Shown piece after piece: positions 27,959-43,649 of a DNA stretch of 64,000 nucleotides. Position 1 is the stretch's first letter. Each line of letters starts with the position of its first letter. The translations under genes were made by a program, and so were the position numbers. The DNA is from Eledone cirrhosa. Its lineage: Eukaryota. Where the stretch lies: positions 155,434,001-155,498,000 of the forward strand of contig OZ024741.1 of assembly GCA_964016885.1 (NCBI GenBank). The letters run 5' to 3'. The notes beneath the pieces were generated by a model, which did not search any database, was not told where the DNA came from, and worked only from the letters and a program-made list of their open reading frames with translations.

Positions 27959-28030
27959 CATAAATATATATGTATATATATAAATGAAAGGTATAGAAAT
28001 TGTTTTAGCGAGAAGCTAATAGTATTCTAT

Positions 28031-28096
<66 letters not shown>

Positions 28097-28154
28097 ATAC
28101 ATATATACACACACAGACACACATATATATATATACACATATATATATATATAC

Positions 28155-28267
<113 letters not shown>

Positions 28268-28699
28268 ATAATCAATTTCAAATTACAAATTAGTGACATC
28301 ATGAAATAAAGTAAAATATAAAATATGAAAAATATAAAGTAAAAGATAAAGTTTAAAAAATGATAATGGAGTCGTGTGAATCGTGCCGTACACACAAAAT
28401 AAAGGATCTAAGGAATAGACTATAGATAATACATCAATAAACAATAAAGATATAAGAATATAAATATACATTACGTAGATTTAAGCTATAGGCAATATAA
28501 ACATATATATAAATATACTTATTAATAAATAGATAAACACTGTAAAATAATCTAAAAAATATATAATATACTACATAGATATAAGATATAGGTGATGCAA
28601 ATATAAATGAAATTAGTACATAGTGTGGCTAGTACAATAGGCAATATGTGTGTTATACTTGTGTATCTGTGCTATTGACGATGTATCTCCGAGAAGGTT

Positions 28700-29110
28700 T
28701 TGGTTAGTCTATGAGGGCAAGTGGTTTTAGGTTCGTCCTTTTATTGATAACTATTGACTTCCTTCTTATTATCTCCACGACCTCCGTGTATTTATACTAT
28801 AGACAGGCACCGGAGCGCCCCCTGTATGTTTGTGTAGATCTAATTTTAGACAAAGACAGGGAATATTTTGTGTTATTAAGTTTAAGCCTCCACACCAGTT
28901 CCGAGAGGGCTGTACTATTTCTCTTATCTAGTCTTCTAAATGTGTTACAATGGATGAAGCCCCTTTCCTTAAACTTAGTTGGTGTTCCACCAACATATGT
29001 ATATACTTGCTTATGCTAACTTTACATTCGTATACGATATTTTTAGCAAGACATTTCCATTCAAAGGGCATAACTTGGGTATCCTAACAGTTAAACAATT
29101 AGTTAAAGCG
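28700..29110 (-). pseudogene. Degenerate PLE GIY-YIG fragment (CxC-x5-CPL type)
   Basis: NCRIPKLCPLNG.CLAKNIVYECKV...YVGGTPTKFKER...NSTALSELVWRLK, with frameshifts. Confidence 0.75.
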
Positions 29111-29417
29111 ATGGGATTTATTCTATATTCTGTTGATAGATTGGTTAATTGGCTGGGTCGTCTTTTCTATTTCATTGGTACACAATTATATCTATTGGGG
29201 TCGCTGCGCCGGAGCGTAATGTAATAAATACAATTCTCAATAGATAACTTCTGTCTTACCGTTATGTTGTATATGAAAATTCTGTCGCGTTTAATCGCCA
29301 AGACAATACTCGATATATAGGAGTGCTTTTAGCTGCTTGAACCTGTTTATCTTTGTGACATCGCAAAGGACCATTTACTAATAAATACCATGATAATAAG
29401 CAACTATATATATATAG

Positions 29418-29518
<101 letters not shown>

Positions 29519-29539
29519 TACACATATATATATATATGA

Positions 29540-30840
<1,301 letters not shown>

Positions 30841-30914
30841 TATATATATATATATAGATAGATATATATATATATATAATTGTATTTATTACATTATATA
30901 TATGTATATATATA

Positions 30915-31330
30915 AGATCGGACTCCGCCAAGTGGACGTACTAATACCTCTCTTATTTATAATCTTCATGAACAGGATTGATATGCACAGCTGGGCTAGA
31001 AGTTGTATCAAGACCAACAAGTTTAGGATCTGTTGGCAGGAATATGCACACTACATGGTACTACTCGTCAGAAGGTAATCTCCGACATCTTGAAAGATTT
31101 GCTATCGAGAGCTGTACGGCAAGATTGAGACAATCTACAAAGATTGAGATATCCGTCCTCTCAAGGAAGCCTTTGCAGTGCACTCTACTTGTGAGTGATG
31201 TGCCATGGAAGCAGGTGGGTAAGTTTAAGTATCTCGGGGCTATGTACACGTGTAATGGAAGTTAGGAGGCTGGATTGAGTCTAAGAATTACAGGAGTTGT
31301 GCCGTAATGCGCTAGCTTTAGTATTCAATC
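30915..31330 (+). pseudogene. Degenerate RTE-like RT fragment
   Basis: GLRQVDVLIPLLFIIFMNRI...WKQVGKFKYLG. Confidence 0.7.
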
Positions 31331-31659
31331 ATTAGAAGATAGATGTAAAAAACAAATATCGCTAACTTCAATTAGGTATTCGTGGCTACAACAAACAATG
31401 TTTGTAATGTATGTTCCCAAACAACAATATCAAGCCGGGTGTGTTAAAATTTGATGGCGATTTGATTTTAATGTTTAGGTCACAGAAATGTTCTTTTAAG
31501 CAGCCCATCTTAACATATTCTTCCCTATTTGTGTTATTTTCGACTTGCATAGTTCATTCCAGATTTGTCTGGCTACAAATCACAGAGGCGACAAACATAA
31601 GCTAACTCCAACCAAAATTAAGCAGAACACATGAGTGGAATAGCAACATCACAACTAGT

Positions 31660-32095
31660 AATTAAGGAGAAAATGAAGACATACAGCCACACACAAAAAA
31701 CAAATCAGACGCACACAGATAGAACAAACAACCAGCCAGTGACAAGTAAATAAACACATCCACACACACAGATGTAACGCATACGCAAACTAAGCACACA
31801 ACACACAGCACACAAATCAAGATGGTGTAGGACAGAACAAAGGAGAGACAAAATAAAGACCTAGTCACTAAGGAGGTCACAGAATGTGTGACGAAAGAGC
31901 TTTGACAATATATAAACAACCATCTGGTTATTGAACCAACCAACCAACCAGCCGGAAATTTATAAGAAATTGAAGTGAAACCCAACAGGTGCGTGTATTC
32001 TTATTGGCAGCATGACCCACCCAAAGTATAACAATATCTGTTTCAACACACGTTTTCAGATCAGAAATCTCGCAAAACAAATTCAAAAACGAATT
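31660..32095 (+). mobile_element. Diverged solo pseudo-LTR of the 21-24 kb PLE; HHR core mutated (CUAAGGA, 31863-31907)
   Basis: Colinear with 23370-23880, including the tail. Confidence 0.8.
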
Positions 32096-32534
32096 ATATA
32101 TATATATATATATATATTGATATATAGATATATATTGATATATATATATATATATGTGTGAACACACACATACACACGCACACACACATACACACACACA
32201 TATATGTATACATGCACGTACACGGAAAAGGGTATATTAGACAGACAGGTTATATATTTCATTACATGGCCGTGTAATGTGACGTCATCAGTGTACAGAC
32301 ATAACTTCCGGCCATTATCGATACGAAAAGGTAATAGCCTCAATTCTGTTTCCTGTCACGTGCTATTTCAATCATGGATGAATGGTCGTAACATATTGAA
32401 TGACGTGATCTCCATGCGACGCTCAATGGCAGCACTCTACAGCAGGTCCACAAAGAAAGATCCCATTACACATAGAGTACACTCTCATACACACATACAT
32501 ACATACACACACACACACGCACAGACACACACAT

Positions 32535-32566
<32 letters not shown>

Positions 32567-32600
32567 GTATACACACACACATATATATATATACACACGT

Positions 32601-32638
<38 letters not shown>

Positions 32639-32769
32639 GTATACACATACACACACAGACAGACACACATATATATATAAACATCATTACGCTTTTACGC
32701 TTTTCGTTACTAACTAGGACATGTTACCGAATATTGTGTCTTTGGATACAGAGTTGTTGAGAAGTCAGA

Positions 32770-32910
32770 TAATTGTTTCTACGTTAGGCACAAGGCCAGC
32801 AATTAACCAGTGCATTACTGGTACTTTATTTTATCGACCCCGTAAGGATGAAAGGCAAAGTTAAGCTTGGCGGGATTTGAACTCAGAAAGGCAAGGGCCG
32901 TAACTCTATA
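32770..32910 (-). mobile_element. SINE family B, 5'-truncated
   Basis: Matches 26838-26975. Confidence 0.8.
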
Positions 32911-33664
32911 CGTCAAAGTCAGATAATAATCCCCATTATTTGCTTCCGCTGTGTGTCTCGGTATTCAATCCCCCTCCATCCCTGAAGTCAATTTTACATT
33001 TCTTTCGGGTGTCTCTAAATAAAGTAGCATTCAAACAGGGGTGGTGTCATGTTGGTGAAATTGTTAATGTTTGAACGTGTTACTTTGTTCTATCTAATCA
33101 ACCTCTGTGTATTGTGTGGACTGTGTTAAAACGCCACTTCATTCTGCTAAGGTTTGTGCTTGACAGCTGGTATCAGACTTAAAAGACCAATAGAAACAAT
33201 GTTTCTTTGATTCTATTATGACGTTCGGTTCTTTTTATTTTCTTGGCATATCCCCTGACAAAGTCTTCAGTAACTGTCTTGTAGTATTCGAAATGTTACC
33301 ATATTTCCCAGTGTATAATATATATTTTTCTTATCCTCAAATTTGAAGTTAAAGTCTGTATGCTTTATATACACCGAATGTATGTATACAGCAATATCAA
33401 TATATTATACCCAGGCCATGTGTATAATAATATATTACAGTGTTTTATATTTTGAAAAATAAAAGGTAAGACTTATTCCCACAAGCATAGTAACTTGTTA
33501 TGTCTATCATCTAACCTATGCTATCTGCATCACTCTCTATCTCTCTTCCTCTTCCCCCCCCTCTCTCTCTCTCCACACACACATATATATATATATGTAT
33601 TTATATATATATTTATTTATATAAGTATATATTTATATATATATTTATATATATTTATACATAT

Positions 33665-33760
<96 letters not shown>

Positions 33761-33908
33761 AGAGAGATATATGGATGGGGAATGGACAGGTTTCCTTTCA
33801 ATTTGATTTAATCTTCAGAGAGATGCTGTCATTTATTCAAGTAATTCGGTTAAACGGACACTTTCCTCTCATCATGTTTAAAACAAAAATGGGTGTTTAT
33901 TTTCTTTC

Positions 33909-34010
<102 letters not shown>

Positions 34011-34069
34011 CAAGGCTCTGATACCATCAACACTATAAACACAGAGCTGGCATATCTAAGAACTGACTA

Positions 34070-34123
34070 ACTGCCTGATGAGGTCATAGCTATTCAATGG
34101 CTATAATCGAAATAACTAGAAGT
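34070..34123 (+). ncRNA. Hammerhead-like motif (family F related) abutting the Tx1 5' end
   Basis: ACTGC CTGATGA GGT-C-ATAGCTA-TTCAA-TGGCTAT-A-ATC GAAA TAAC TA|GAAGT. Confidence 0.65.
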
Positions 34124-34216
34124 GGTGGAGAGGCGGTGAGAGTGTTAAGCTCGCAGTCACCTCCTCTCACCACCTCATTGAAAGACATCGAAAATGTCGT
34201 CAGTTTTGAAAACACG

Positions 34217-35895
34217 ATGTCGGACGTTAATTGTAACATCAACACTAACACAAACAACAATAACATGCAAAATATAAGCAACACCAACCAGAACAACAAC
34301 AACAACAATAATGACAAGAAGAACAACAACAGCAACAATGATAACAACAACAACAGCAACAATGATAACAACAACACCACCAACAACAACAGCAACAATG
34401 ATAACAACAACACCATCAACAACAACAGCAACACGAACAACTCCACGAACAAGGAAAAAATTTCCTTTGCTCAAACCGTCCAAAAGACGGAACTGTTCAC
34501 ATACCTTGACATTTTCAATGCTAGGGAAATGTTAAGCGATGCAAAACAGTACGTAACATTTGGTGAGAGTGGTGCTTTCAGCATCACTTCTCCTCAACAG
34601 TTACGCAGAGAAACTGTTCTAAAAACACTATATTTTAGGACGGTTTCAAATGTGTCAAAAAAACCAGTTCAATTATCCCAAAACGATATTGAAGTGGTTC
34701 TGAAGAATTCCATGATATTGCCTTCATCCAAAAAGGGAAACTTTTTGGAAGCATTTCGGTGTTGTTGAAAGATCAATTGACAGCACAAAAATATTCTGTA
34801 TCGCCTATTGTCTCCCCCCTTTACACCATTTTCCCCACATATATGGGAAAAAGAACACAAAAAATAAAAATTTTGAACATTGCACCAAATGTAAACGTCT
34901 GGTGGATTCTAACTGGCTTCATTGATTTCGACGAAGACACCATCATTTCGGTGGGAAAGTCCTCCAGAGGCACATTCAATGGTACAAGCATGGAAGTTCT
35001 GGTCTAAATGAGGCCAGAACGGATAGCTAAAATACCCCAACGTGTGCCTCTGGATGGAATTTCACACATAAACATTTCTCTTGAGGGTTGGCGGCCTTCA
35101 TGTTACCACTGTTTAAGCAGTGGTCACCTGAAGGCTTACTGTCCTCAGTTAACTACAAAAAAAGAGGCACTACTGCCAACACCCAAAACAACAACACAAC
35201 CACCACCACCACCACCACCACCACCACCACCACCACCACCACCACCACCACCACAACAACAACACGCAAACAACCAAAACAAGAACAACAAACCAACCTG
35301 CAAGCACAGTCCCACCCAGCCCCACTCCACCTAAAACCACTGCAAAAACACCCACAAAGACAACAGCTCCCCAAAACATACCCCTTCCAAATAACACAGA
35401 CACCACAACGGACGAGGCCCACCCCCCACATCATCACCAAGTGACGATGAGGGAGAGCCTCTCCGTTCGAAAAGAAAGAAGAAAAGACACCACAAGAACA
35501 AAAAAAACAACAAACATCACTACAAACATACAACCACCAACACAAACAACATAAACATTACAAACAAAACCCCCCGTCCCGAAAACAAAACCACGACATC
35601 ACTCCAAACACAAACACCTACAACAAAACGAAAGCTCCCTCAAGAACAACAGACAAAAACCACCGCAACGCAACAAGAACATTACACATACATAAACAGT
35701 AAAAACAAAACTTTAATGGAGGTCATATCCAACGACCATTCGGTGAAAACCGAAGGGAAAACTTTTTCGAACTGCGTAGACAAACTTAATTTAAAGATGA
35801 TTAGGGTCCCTACGGACACCTATAAGTCTTTAAAGGAAAACTTTCCTAAGGACGTGGGTAATCCTTGTGTTAAACCCATTAATCGCGTCCTTTAA
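34217..35895 (+). pseudogene. Tx1 ORF1 (gag-like), disrupted
   Basis: KISFAQTV motif, CYHCLSSGHLKAYC zinc knuckle at 35101-35142, Asn/Pro/Thr-rich tracts; stops and frameshifts. Confidence 0.7.
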
Positions 35896-36084
35896 AACGT
35901 TTCCCCACCCTCACCCTCACCCAAGACACCCCCACCCCACCAAACATCTCCGTCCCCACCCCGCCGGAAACCACCACCCACCCAGACAACCCCTCTAACA
36001 CCCCCATGGAAACCGTGCGGCCTGATCCCCGGGAGACGAAGAAGTGAGTGTTTTCTTCTCTTCTTTTAACTTTTCAGAACCAAC

Positions 36085-38330
36085 ATGGCCAATATAAGAG
36101 TTGGATGCGTGAATGTTCGCGGCCTGGGGATGCCCTGGAAACAGGGCAAACTCTTAAACGACCTCGGGTCGCACAGTATGGATGTAGTAGCCATTTGCAA
36201 GTACAGGATCCACAGCGAGCGACAGCTGGCCCCCATCTTCGATGACGTTTAGATCTACGCATCTCTCTGTCGGCCGGGCGGTGGGGGCGGGGTTGCCGTT
36301 TTGCTGCGGAAACACCTGGGCCTCGTAACACAGACGGTACATCTGGACCCGGAGGGTCGACTGGTGGTCCTAGACGTTGACGGTAGTGAAGGTGGAGCCT
36401 TCAGGCTGGTGGCCGCATATGCCCCATCCGGGACACAGCGGTCAGACTTCTTCAAACGTTTAGAGACTTCTCTGGGAACGTCCCGCTCCTTGCTTTTAGT
36501 GGGGGACTGGAATGGATTCCTAGATGCACGTTGGGACTATGTGGGAGCATGTCCCGATAAAGGGGGGTGTACCAGCCTCAAACAGTTAATCGGCCGATTT
36601 CACCTGGCCGATAGATATCGACTAGATTTTCCGACTGTGCCACTGTGGACGTGGACTAATCTTAGCGGAACATCTAGATCGTAGCTAGATAGGGTTCTAG
36701 TTAGAAATAAGGATAGGGACATGTTAAGCTGTCCACAAATGTTCATGGTTGCCTATTCAGATCACAAACTAGTGACCTGCATGGTCAACCTTGATAGAAC
36801 ACATAGACAAGGACCCGGCTACTGCAAGCTGAACTTGTCGTTACCGACATGCAAAGCCTACAGTAGACGGATTAGCACTTTAGTTAAACAGCACTTGACA
36901 GGGGCCATTGTCAACAACAGATGGTATTACTCTCTCAAGAGGGCAGTTAGATTAGACTCGTTAGTTTTTAGTAAAGAATTAGCGTTTTATAGAAATAGAA
37001 CCGAGAAAGAACTGGTAGATAAAGTAGAAGAGGCAATTAGAAGTGGCAACGTAGCCAACGTGCTAGCAACGAGAACGGCCTTGGACCAGTTCTTCGAGGC
37101 AAAGCATGAGGGCTGCGTTGTCAGAAGCAAAATACGTGCTCTGCGAAACGAGGGAGCCAAAGCTGTTAGCTGGGCCCGAGTGACGGAAGCAAAAAGTGGC
37201 AACAAGTCCACGATTCGGTCTTTGAAGGACCAAAACGGACGCGTGATACGTGAGCCGAAGCAGATGTGTGCGGCCTTTCAGCGGCACTTTGCTCAACTGT
37301 TCGGGCAGGGTGGCGCGCCGGGAGAAGCTATGGATTTCGCTCCATACCTCGACGGCCTACCGCGACTCTCGGACAGCGAGGCAAGGTTCTGCGAAAAGCC
37401 GATTTCAGCCGCTGAGATAGGGGACGCGCTGAGCCAATGCGGCAAACGCAAATCTCCAGGTCTCGACGGTCTACCCTAAGAATTTTACGTAGCAATGCCG
37501 GACTTATTTTCCGGTCATCTGGAAGCGGTCTACTGCAACTGGCAACAGAACGGGAGAATTCCCAGTTCTGTGACCGGGGGTGTAGTCACACTAGTCAGGA
37601 AGGACGAGAATAATGGGGATTACATAGGCAACTTCCGGCCCATAACTCTGCTAAACAAAGAGTTATAGATTTTGGCCAAGGTGTTGGTAAAGAGGCTGGC
37701 GCTTGTCGTCGAGAACCTGGTGGGAGAAGCACAGACATGCGCAATCCCGACCAGGTCTATACACGACAACCTCCACCTCATGCGATACATTATAGACAGG
37801 GTAGGGTGTAAACCCGGCTTCGGTGGGGCCCTGATCAACTTGGATCAGTCTAAGGCTTTCGATAGGGTTGACCATCGTTACCTGGATGCGGTGCCCGAGG
37901 CGGCAGGATTCGGACCCGTGTTCAGGGGCTGGATTGCTGCAATGCACAACAGCAACATCTGCTCAAGGGTTAAGGTGAACGGCTATCTCTCTGAGCCGTT
38001 CCATATAACGCGATCCATTCGACAGGGATGCCCTCTCTCCTCACTTCTGAACGTACTGACTCTCAAGCCACTACTGCGGAAGTTGGAGCTAATACAGGGC
38101 ATCCCTCTGGAACCGGGACTGCGGAAAGCGGCGTCGGCCTACACCGACGACGTGACAGTAATGGTGTCGAGCGCCTCGCAAATCGAGGAACTCGGCACCT
38201 TACTGAAGGAATACGAAAGGTTGACAGGAGCGAAGCTGAACCGAGACAAGTCCATCGGTTTGTAACTCGGATCGTGGAGAGGCAAACCGATGCCTTCCGA
38301 TGGCGTCGTCGGACGCTGGACGGACGGAAG
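36085..38330 (+). pseudogene. Tx1 ORF2, AP-endonuclease plus RT, disrupted
   Basis: MANIRVGCVNVRGL, GGGVAVL, GDWN, SDHK, KSPGLDGLP, FRPITLLN, LDQSKAFDRVDH, RQGCPLS, YTDD; in-frame stops near 36684, 37479, 37668 and 38265. Confidence 0.9.
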
Positions 38331-38489
38331 ATTCTATCGATGGAATCTTTGAGTTTATTTTCCGGGCGATATGGCGCATGCCGTTATGGCATGACACACA
38401 TAATTTTGATTTAGATTAAATTCATTTAATTTATCTTAATTTTGGAGATAGATATATAAATACGGCTCACTCTTGAGTGCTACTGGTAA

Positions 38490-39001
38490 CATGTAACCCA
38501 GTACAACCTGTCGCAAGTTCGGGTGGTTGGCGACTAAACCGTTTACTTGGTGTGGAGGAGGATTTTGGACACCCTGCAGGACAAAACTAAAACCTGACAA
38601 GGGGCGGAAGAACCCATAAGAGTCAACGGCCATCCGAAAGTGTGTAAATATGTGTGTAAATATGTGTGTATATACACATGTACCACGCGGTTAAACCACT
38701 GGGAGTGAATGTTCGCTAGCCTTTGTCAGGGTATTCTTCTAGGAGAAGGCAATTCAGGAAACTGGGATAACTCCGATATAAAACCTGCGGCTCAGTAGTT
38801 ACCAATGATGATGATCTTTCTCTTCTTTTCGGGTTATAACTACTGTTGCTCAGAGAGTGGGATTGGGTCAGTGCACAGTCTTTCCTCATTGAAAAAAATA
38901 TCTTCACGCACAGGCATTGCACGATAGAATTAATTAATAATTATTAATAAAGGTATATCGTGCAATGGCCATACTCGATAAAACGAGAGGGAAGCCATCA
39001 T
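38490..39001 (+). mobile_element. Non-autonomous RTE derivative related to family A
   Basis: TTTGGACA.CCTGCAGGAC...TAAGAGTCAA.GGCCATCC, TAGCCTTTGTCA, CTAGGAGAAGG, and an RTE-type 3' end. Confidence 0.7.
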
Positions 39002-39003
39002 AA

Positions 39004-39055
<52 letters not shown>

Positions 39056-39146
39056 CGAAGGAAATGTGGTAAGGAACCAGGTGGACCATAACGCACCAAA
39101 GTACTCAATACTTGAGGTAGTAGAGTGGGTAATAGGAACCAGTAAG

Positions 39147-39240
39147 ACCCCGACAGCTGAGCTCAAGCCGTTTCGACGGCTAATTCTGGACTAAATGAAA
39201 ATTTATCCTGGTATTTAAATAGCCGATCTTCTCAAGGGGT
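39147..39240 (-). ncRNA. Type I hammerhead ribozyme, U3-A8 core variant (family D)
   Basis: Reverse complement of 42135-42228; on the ORF sense strand. Confidence 0.8.
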
Positions 39241-40352
39241 AATTCCATATATGGTCAAAGTGATTGTCAAAAATCAGTAGTAATTCTGTGGTTGCAAATT
39301 AGTAGGGGAGATGGTGGCTAAACCTGCCAGTAGGAGAAAGATGGGAGGGGGTGGAGTAGACCCAATCAAGCGTTGGTAGTGCCAGCTACAGCTGGGCATG
39401 AGGTCAAAGAAGATACAGGGGAGGGGGAGGGGGAGGAAGTCGGAACGGTAGGTAGAACAATGGGGGGTAGAAATATATAGGAAAGAAAAAATACTGAGAG
39501 TGAAGAAAAGCAAATAAGTGTAAAGAAAAAAGTAAAGTAAATTAAATTCTACGACCTAGGTCTCAGGCTATTGTTAGGCTAGAATAAAATAAAGAAAGAA
39601 AGAAAGAAGTAAAGAAATAAATAAATAAAGAAATAACTAAATAAGTAAAAGAACTAGCTGGGACGGAATAGGAAAGAACCCTTTTAAGAGGTATAAGTAC
39701 GTAAATGATACGGTGACGGGTCAACAAAAGGGACCAAAATACTAAAGAGACTACCACGAAATAGACAATAAAGGTTTCCATCCCGGGCCAGCAACGACCC
39801 AGTGCAGCAAAGTGAACTTGTACGAGATAATAATTCTGAGTCCCGAGAAAAATATATACTAATGCTAACTCTAAAAGATCTAAAACAAGCTACATGAAAG
39901 TTCGTACGAAATAAAGCTAGAATACGGAGAAATAAATTCAGAATCCACCCCGCCCAGAAGAAAAGCGAAGCAAGAAATACTGAAACGAAAAAATAAGGCA
40001 TAAGTGCCACTAAGAAATATAGAGGGCACAGAGAATAGTGGGAGCGGTCGGAAAAAGGGGGCAAGTATCCGGGGTCTAAGCCAACTGCTATAAAGGGCGG
40101 AGTCCGCCAAATCTATCATAGACTAGGGGAGGGGGTGGTGGGGGTACTAAGGCTACATGGGGCCAAAGGGCAGCCTCGGGTGGGCGAGAAAAGACGCCGA
40201 CAAAGGAGAAGAGCTGGGGTAGAAGGACTAAGGAGAGAGGGGGGAAGGAAATAAAGGAAGCGATAAAAGAATACAAAGAAGATCTTACGTCTTCCTTGGC
40301 AAGCAGGGGTTACCCATTGCAAAATCGGCAAGTGGGGTGTTATAGCCCTAGT

Positions 40353-41620
40353 CTACCCCCCCGGGTCATTATGGGGTTTGAGGGCGAGGTAAGTCCTACG
40401 CAATCTATGTTTACATGCAGTGACCAGTTCATCTTTCTTGTTTAGGAGTTGATCCGTCGAAAACAGCATTTGTAAAGTTTCCTCCGAGCATAAATTGCAC
40501 GGACGGCGTCCTCCCGTGTAAGAATTGGCTCTGGACAGTAATCTCCAAGTGAGATCATAGGTGATGTTGTTGTCCTTGAGGTCCCATATGTGGCCCGAAA
40601 GTGTAGTGGCGTGACGCCGGGCCGGGTTTCGGAAGGTATGTCTATGTTGGTATAGCCGGGTCTTGAAGTCCCATGCGGTAAGTCCTATATAGGCTTTGTT
40701 GGAGGTATCCGTCCTCACGTTGCACTGGTAGATCACATTACGGTCTCTGCATCTATTGTCGAGTGGGCAAATAGATCTATCCGGGCAGTTACACCTCCTG
40801 GTCGGTTCTCCACTGCTATTTAGGTTATTTCTGCCATCGGGGTTGAGTTTTTTGTTGTTAGAGGAGACGATGTTTTGTGCGAAGTTTGGTGTAGTGCTGT
40901 AAGAGAGTTTGATGGTATTTTTGTTAATTATGTTGTGGTAGCGGTGTTGTAATGGGAAGTGTATTTCAATGAGCCTAAAGAATAGTTTCCCGGTGGGAGT
41001 TATCACCTCTGCGTTGTGGGGAGGATTGAACTATGTTACATTGCGTGAGCGGCGGTGTCTCCTGCTGGTTCCGCTAATGGGAGCTGGACAGTAGGATATT
41101 TCCTCCCGGAAACCACTCCGCTTGAGGGCCTGGTTGTAATAAGGCGCATGTTCATCGAATATCCGCTCATTAGCTGACAAACGGGATATGCGGAGGGAGA
41201 TGTTTTTGACCAGGTTGTTAGTGATGTTCCTAGGATGGTTTGATCGGCAGTGGATGTAGTGCAGATTGTCATTAGGTTTCCTGTATGGGTAGTACAGGTC
41301 GTTTTCGAGGTCGAGGGTCACGTCCAGGAAGTTTACTCGGGTCAGGGACGTTTGTAGGGTTATTTTAAATCCCCAGTCGCGGAAGAATCTGATTAATTGT
41401 TTCCGGACCCGATCTGTACTACTGGGGTTGTACCCTTTAAGGGTAAGGAGCCCGTCATCACGGTACAATCCACCACCGAATGCAGGAAACATATCAGTGA
41501 GTTTGGCTATTAGGAATAATCCTATAAGATCTGTGACCTCCGCCGAATCCGTGGCGCCCATGCTGACGTCGAAGGGTGAGTCGGGAGCTCTTTTTATCCA
41601 TTTAGAGTCGTCAAAGCGTC
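40353..41620 (-). CDS. PLE RT (C-terminal half) plus GIY-YIG, one premature stop at 41031-41033
   Basis: FDVSMGATDSAEV, GLYRDDGL, VNFLDVT, PYRKP, SNHP, CNCPDRSICPLDNRC, NVIY...YIGLT..FKTRLYQH, CNLCSEE, LLNKKDE. Confidence 0.9.
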
Positions 41621-42134
41621 GTAGTCTCTTTAGTATTTTGGTCCCTTTTGTTGACCCGTCACCGTATCATTTACGTACTTATACCTCTTAAAAGGGTTCT
41701 TTCCTATTCCGTCCCAGCTAGTTCTTTTACTTATTTAGTTATTTCTTTATTTATTTATTTCTTTACTTCTTTCTTTCTTTCTTTATTTTATTCTAGCCTA
41801 ACAATAGCCTGAGACCTAGGTCGTAGAATTTAATTTACTTTACTTTTTTCTTTACACTTATTTGCTTTTCTTCACTCTCAGTATTTTTTCTTTCCTATAT
41901 ATTTCTACCCCCCATTGTTCTACCTACCGTTCCGACTTCCTCCCCCTCCCCCTCCCCTGTATCTTCTTTGACCTCATGCCCAGCTGTAGCTGGCACTACC
42001 AACGCTTGATTGGGTCTACTCCACCCCCTCCCATCTTTCTCCTACTGGCAGGTTTAGCCACCATCTCCCCTACTAATTTGCAACCACAGAATTACTACTG
42101 ATTTTTGACAATCACTTTGACCATATATGGAATT

Positions 42135-42228
42135 ACCCCTTGAGAAGATCGGCTATTTAAATACCAGGATAAATTTTCATTTAGTCCAGAATTAGCCGTC
42201 GAAACGGCTTGAGCTCAGCTGTCGGGGT
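42135..42228 (+). ncRNA. Type I hammerhead ribozyme, U3-A8 core variant (family D)
   Basis: ACCCC TTGAGAA GA-T-CGGCTA..(long loop)..TAGCCG-TC GAAAC GGCT TGAGCTC AGCT GTC|GGGGT. Confidence 0.8.
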
Positions 42229-42427
42229 CTTACTGGTTCCTATATATATATATATATATATATCCGTACATATATACACACAGATATATACATATATATG
42301 TACATATATATATAGATATTGATATGTGTATCAAAACATACACCCACACACACACATATGAATAAATAAATATATATATATATACACATATGAATAAATA
42401 TATATATATATAAATATACACATATGA

Positions 42428-42493
<66 letters not shown>

Positions 42494-42506
42494 GAATATA
42501 TATACG

Positions 42507-42540
<34 letters not shown>

Positions 42541-42769
42541 CATATACACATATGAATAAATATATATATATATACACACATATGAATATGTATATATTCA
42601 CTAAACATAGGTTTTTTTCAATACTGTCAGCTGCCAGAAAGATGAACCAATGTTCAGATGGAACTACAGTCTCAGTAGAGTCCCAGTTAGTTCAACATCA
42701 CTCCTCCAGCTTTTCTGTCTCTTCATAGCACTCTGACGCTATCATCAGCGTCATCATCATCATTATGAC

Positions 42770-43600
42770 TAACACCAGCACCACCTTCACCACCATCACC
42801 ACCACCACTATCACAAAATCAAACAACCACCAGCACCACCACTACTACCACCACTACTATCACCATCACCATCACAACCATCACCAACATCACCACCACC
42901 ACCACCACCACCACCAACATCAGCTCAACAACCACCACCACCACCACCACCATCACCTCAAAAACCACCACCACTACCACCATCACCATCACAACCATCA
43001 CCACCACCACCACCACCACCACCACCACCACCACCACCATCAGCTCAACAAACACCACCACTACCACCAGCAACATCAGAACCATCACCAACACCACCAC
43101 CACCACCATCACCTCAACAACCACCACCACTACCACCACCACCATCACAACCATCACCAACACCACCACCACCACCATCACCTCGAGAACTACCACCACC
43201 ATCACAACCATCACCAACACCACCACCACCACCATCACCTCCAGAACTACCACCTCTACCACTATCACCATCACCAACACCACCACCAGCACCATCACCA
43301 CCACCACCACCACCATCAACACAACAACCACCACCATTACCACAACAACTACCACCACCACCACTACTACCACTACTACTGCTACCACCGCCATCATTAC
43401 CATCATCATCATCATCATCGATAATATTAACGAGATGGTGAGGATAATGATGATCATCACTATCACCACTACCACCACCATCACCTCAACACCCACCACC
43501 ACCACCACCACCACCACCACCACCACCACCACCACCACCACCACCGCCACCACCACCACCATCACCACCATTATCAACATCATCATCGTTGTCATCGTCA
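42770..43600. repeat. Degenerate (CAC)n/(CAT)n repeat
   Basis: Directly visible. Confidence 0.9.
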
Positions 43601-43649
43601 TTAGCATCAGTAATATTTGTAGAAGTAGTGGTGGTTGTGGTGGTAGTGG

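Larger units (their letters stand above)
34124..38330 (+). mobile_element. Tx1/L1-clade LINE, 3'-truncated and inactivated
   Basis: ORF1 with a CCHC knuckle followed by an APE-RT ORF2 with stops; boundaries approximate. Confidence 0.9.
39054..42243 (-). mobile_element. 5'-truncated PLE, family D (probably Hydra-clade), with a 623-bp inverted pseudo-LTR
   Basis: Inverted repeats 39132-39754 / 41621-42243, tail 39054-39131, (TA)n flanks, RT+GIY-YIG ORF. Confidence 0.93.

Noticed and set aside
32245-32298. Minus-strand CUGAUGA...GAAAUAUAUA motif
   Set aside because: The base of stem II and stem I do not pair; at best a degenerate HHR.
42765-43424. His-rich 219-aa ORF reminiscent of histidine-rich structural proteins
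   Set aside because: Pure degenerate (CAC)n with no signal peptide or other motif.
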